Assembly (NCBI GenBank): GCA_031409275.1
Contig: JANNXA010000007.1
Span: 32,001-96,000, forward strand
DNA from: Planctomycetota bacterium
Lineage (GTDB): Bacteria > Planctomycetota > B15-G4 > SIAN01
Direction: 5' to 3'
DNA length: 64,000 nucleotides
Shown here: in pieces, positions 63,552 through 64,000 of the stretch
Numbering within the stretch: the first letter of the stretch is position 1
Layout of the letters: every line of letters starts with the position of its first letter
Position numbers and translations under genes: made by a program
The notes under the pieces: model-generated
What the model saw: the letters and a program-made list of their open reading frames with translations, nothing else
Databases searched by the model: none
Told to the model about the DNA's origin: nothing

Positions 63552-64000
63552 ATGAGTCCCACCCCCGCCGCCGTCGTTGCCCCACCGCCCCTGCCACCAC
63601 GCCCGGTGCTGCTGCGCGCGCTCGCCAAGCGCGATCGCAGCTTCGAGGGGCTCGTCTTCGTCGCCGTGCGCACCACCGGGATCTTCTGCCGACCGGGCTG
63701 CCCGGCTCGCACGTCGCGACCGGAGAACGTCGACTTCTTCGCCACCGCTCGCGAGGCGCTCTTCGCCGGTTTCCGGCCGTGCCTGCGCTGCCGGCCGCTC
63801 GCACCGCGCGACGCGCCGCCCGAATGGCTCGTCACGCTGCTCGCCGCCATCGAGTCCGAGCCGCAGCGGCGCTGGCGCGACGCCGACCTGCGCGCGCGTC
63901 AGCTCGACCCGACGCGGGTGCGCCGCTGGTTCGTGCGCCAGCACGGGATGACCTTCCAGGCCTACTCGCGCGCTCGCCGGTTGGGGACGGCGCTCTCCGA
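63552..64000 (+). CDS. ada: Ada-family methylphosphotriester-sensing transcriptional regulator / DNA methyltransferase (partial, runs off window)
   Basis: Manually read from ATG 63552: RDRSFEG..FVAVRTTGIFCRPGCPAR...GFRPCLRCRP, followed by the start of an AraC-type HTH. Confidence 0.9.
   Translation, partial: MSPTPAAVVAPPPLPPRPVLLRALAKRDRSFEGLVFVAVRTTGIFCRPGCPARTSRPENVDFFATAREALFAGFRPCLRCRPLAPRDAPPEWLVTLLAAIESEPQRRWRDADLRARQLDPTRVRRWFVRQHGMTFQAYSRARRLGTALS

Overview
GC-rich (roughly 70% by eye) bacterial chromosomal segment. It is most consistent with a Planctomycetota genome; this is inferred from the multiple CRTAC1/ASPIC-UnbV FG-GAP proteins, TPR lipoproteins, sulfatase-like proteins and a DUF3352-like protein. 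About 46 densely packed CDSs are supportable. Housekeeping genes are purF, pyrB-pyrI, fmt-rsmB, scpA, kdsD-kdsC-(giant LptC/A-like)-lptD, a fabH-like gene and ada (partial). The rest encode secreted or envelope proteins and a thiol/sulfur redox group. I saw no rRNA, tRNA, CRISPR array, integrase or transposase. Most notable: (1) a TlpA/thioredoxin-like gene split in the ORF track by an in-frame UGA in a W-U-G-P-C motif, with a SECIS-like hairpin, i.e. a probable selenoprotein; (2) a LexA paralog that has lost both catalytic residues; (3) a 91-bp direct repeat of the 3' end of a cysteine dioxygenase gene flanking a 2.4-kb single-gene islet, with only synonymous differences between copies; (4) two copies of a ~150-bp palindromic intergenic element; (5) a signal-peptide-bearing stand-alone LanC-like protein; (6) a 1046-aa protein in the lptC/lptA slot; (7) a DUF3352-like/GspG fusion; (8) a 55-aa membrane ORF missing from the ORF track. 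All family assignments come from motif recognition by eye, not database searches.
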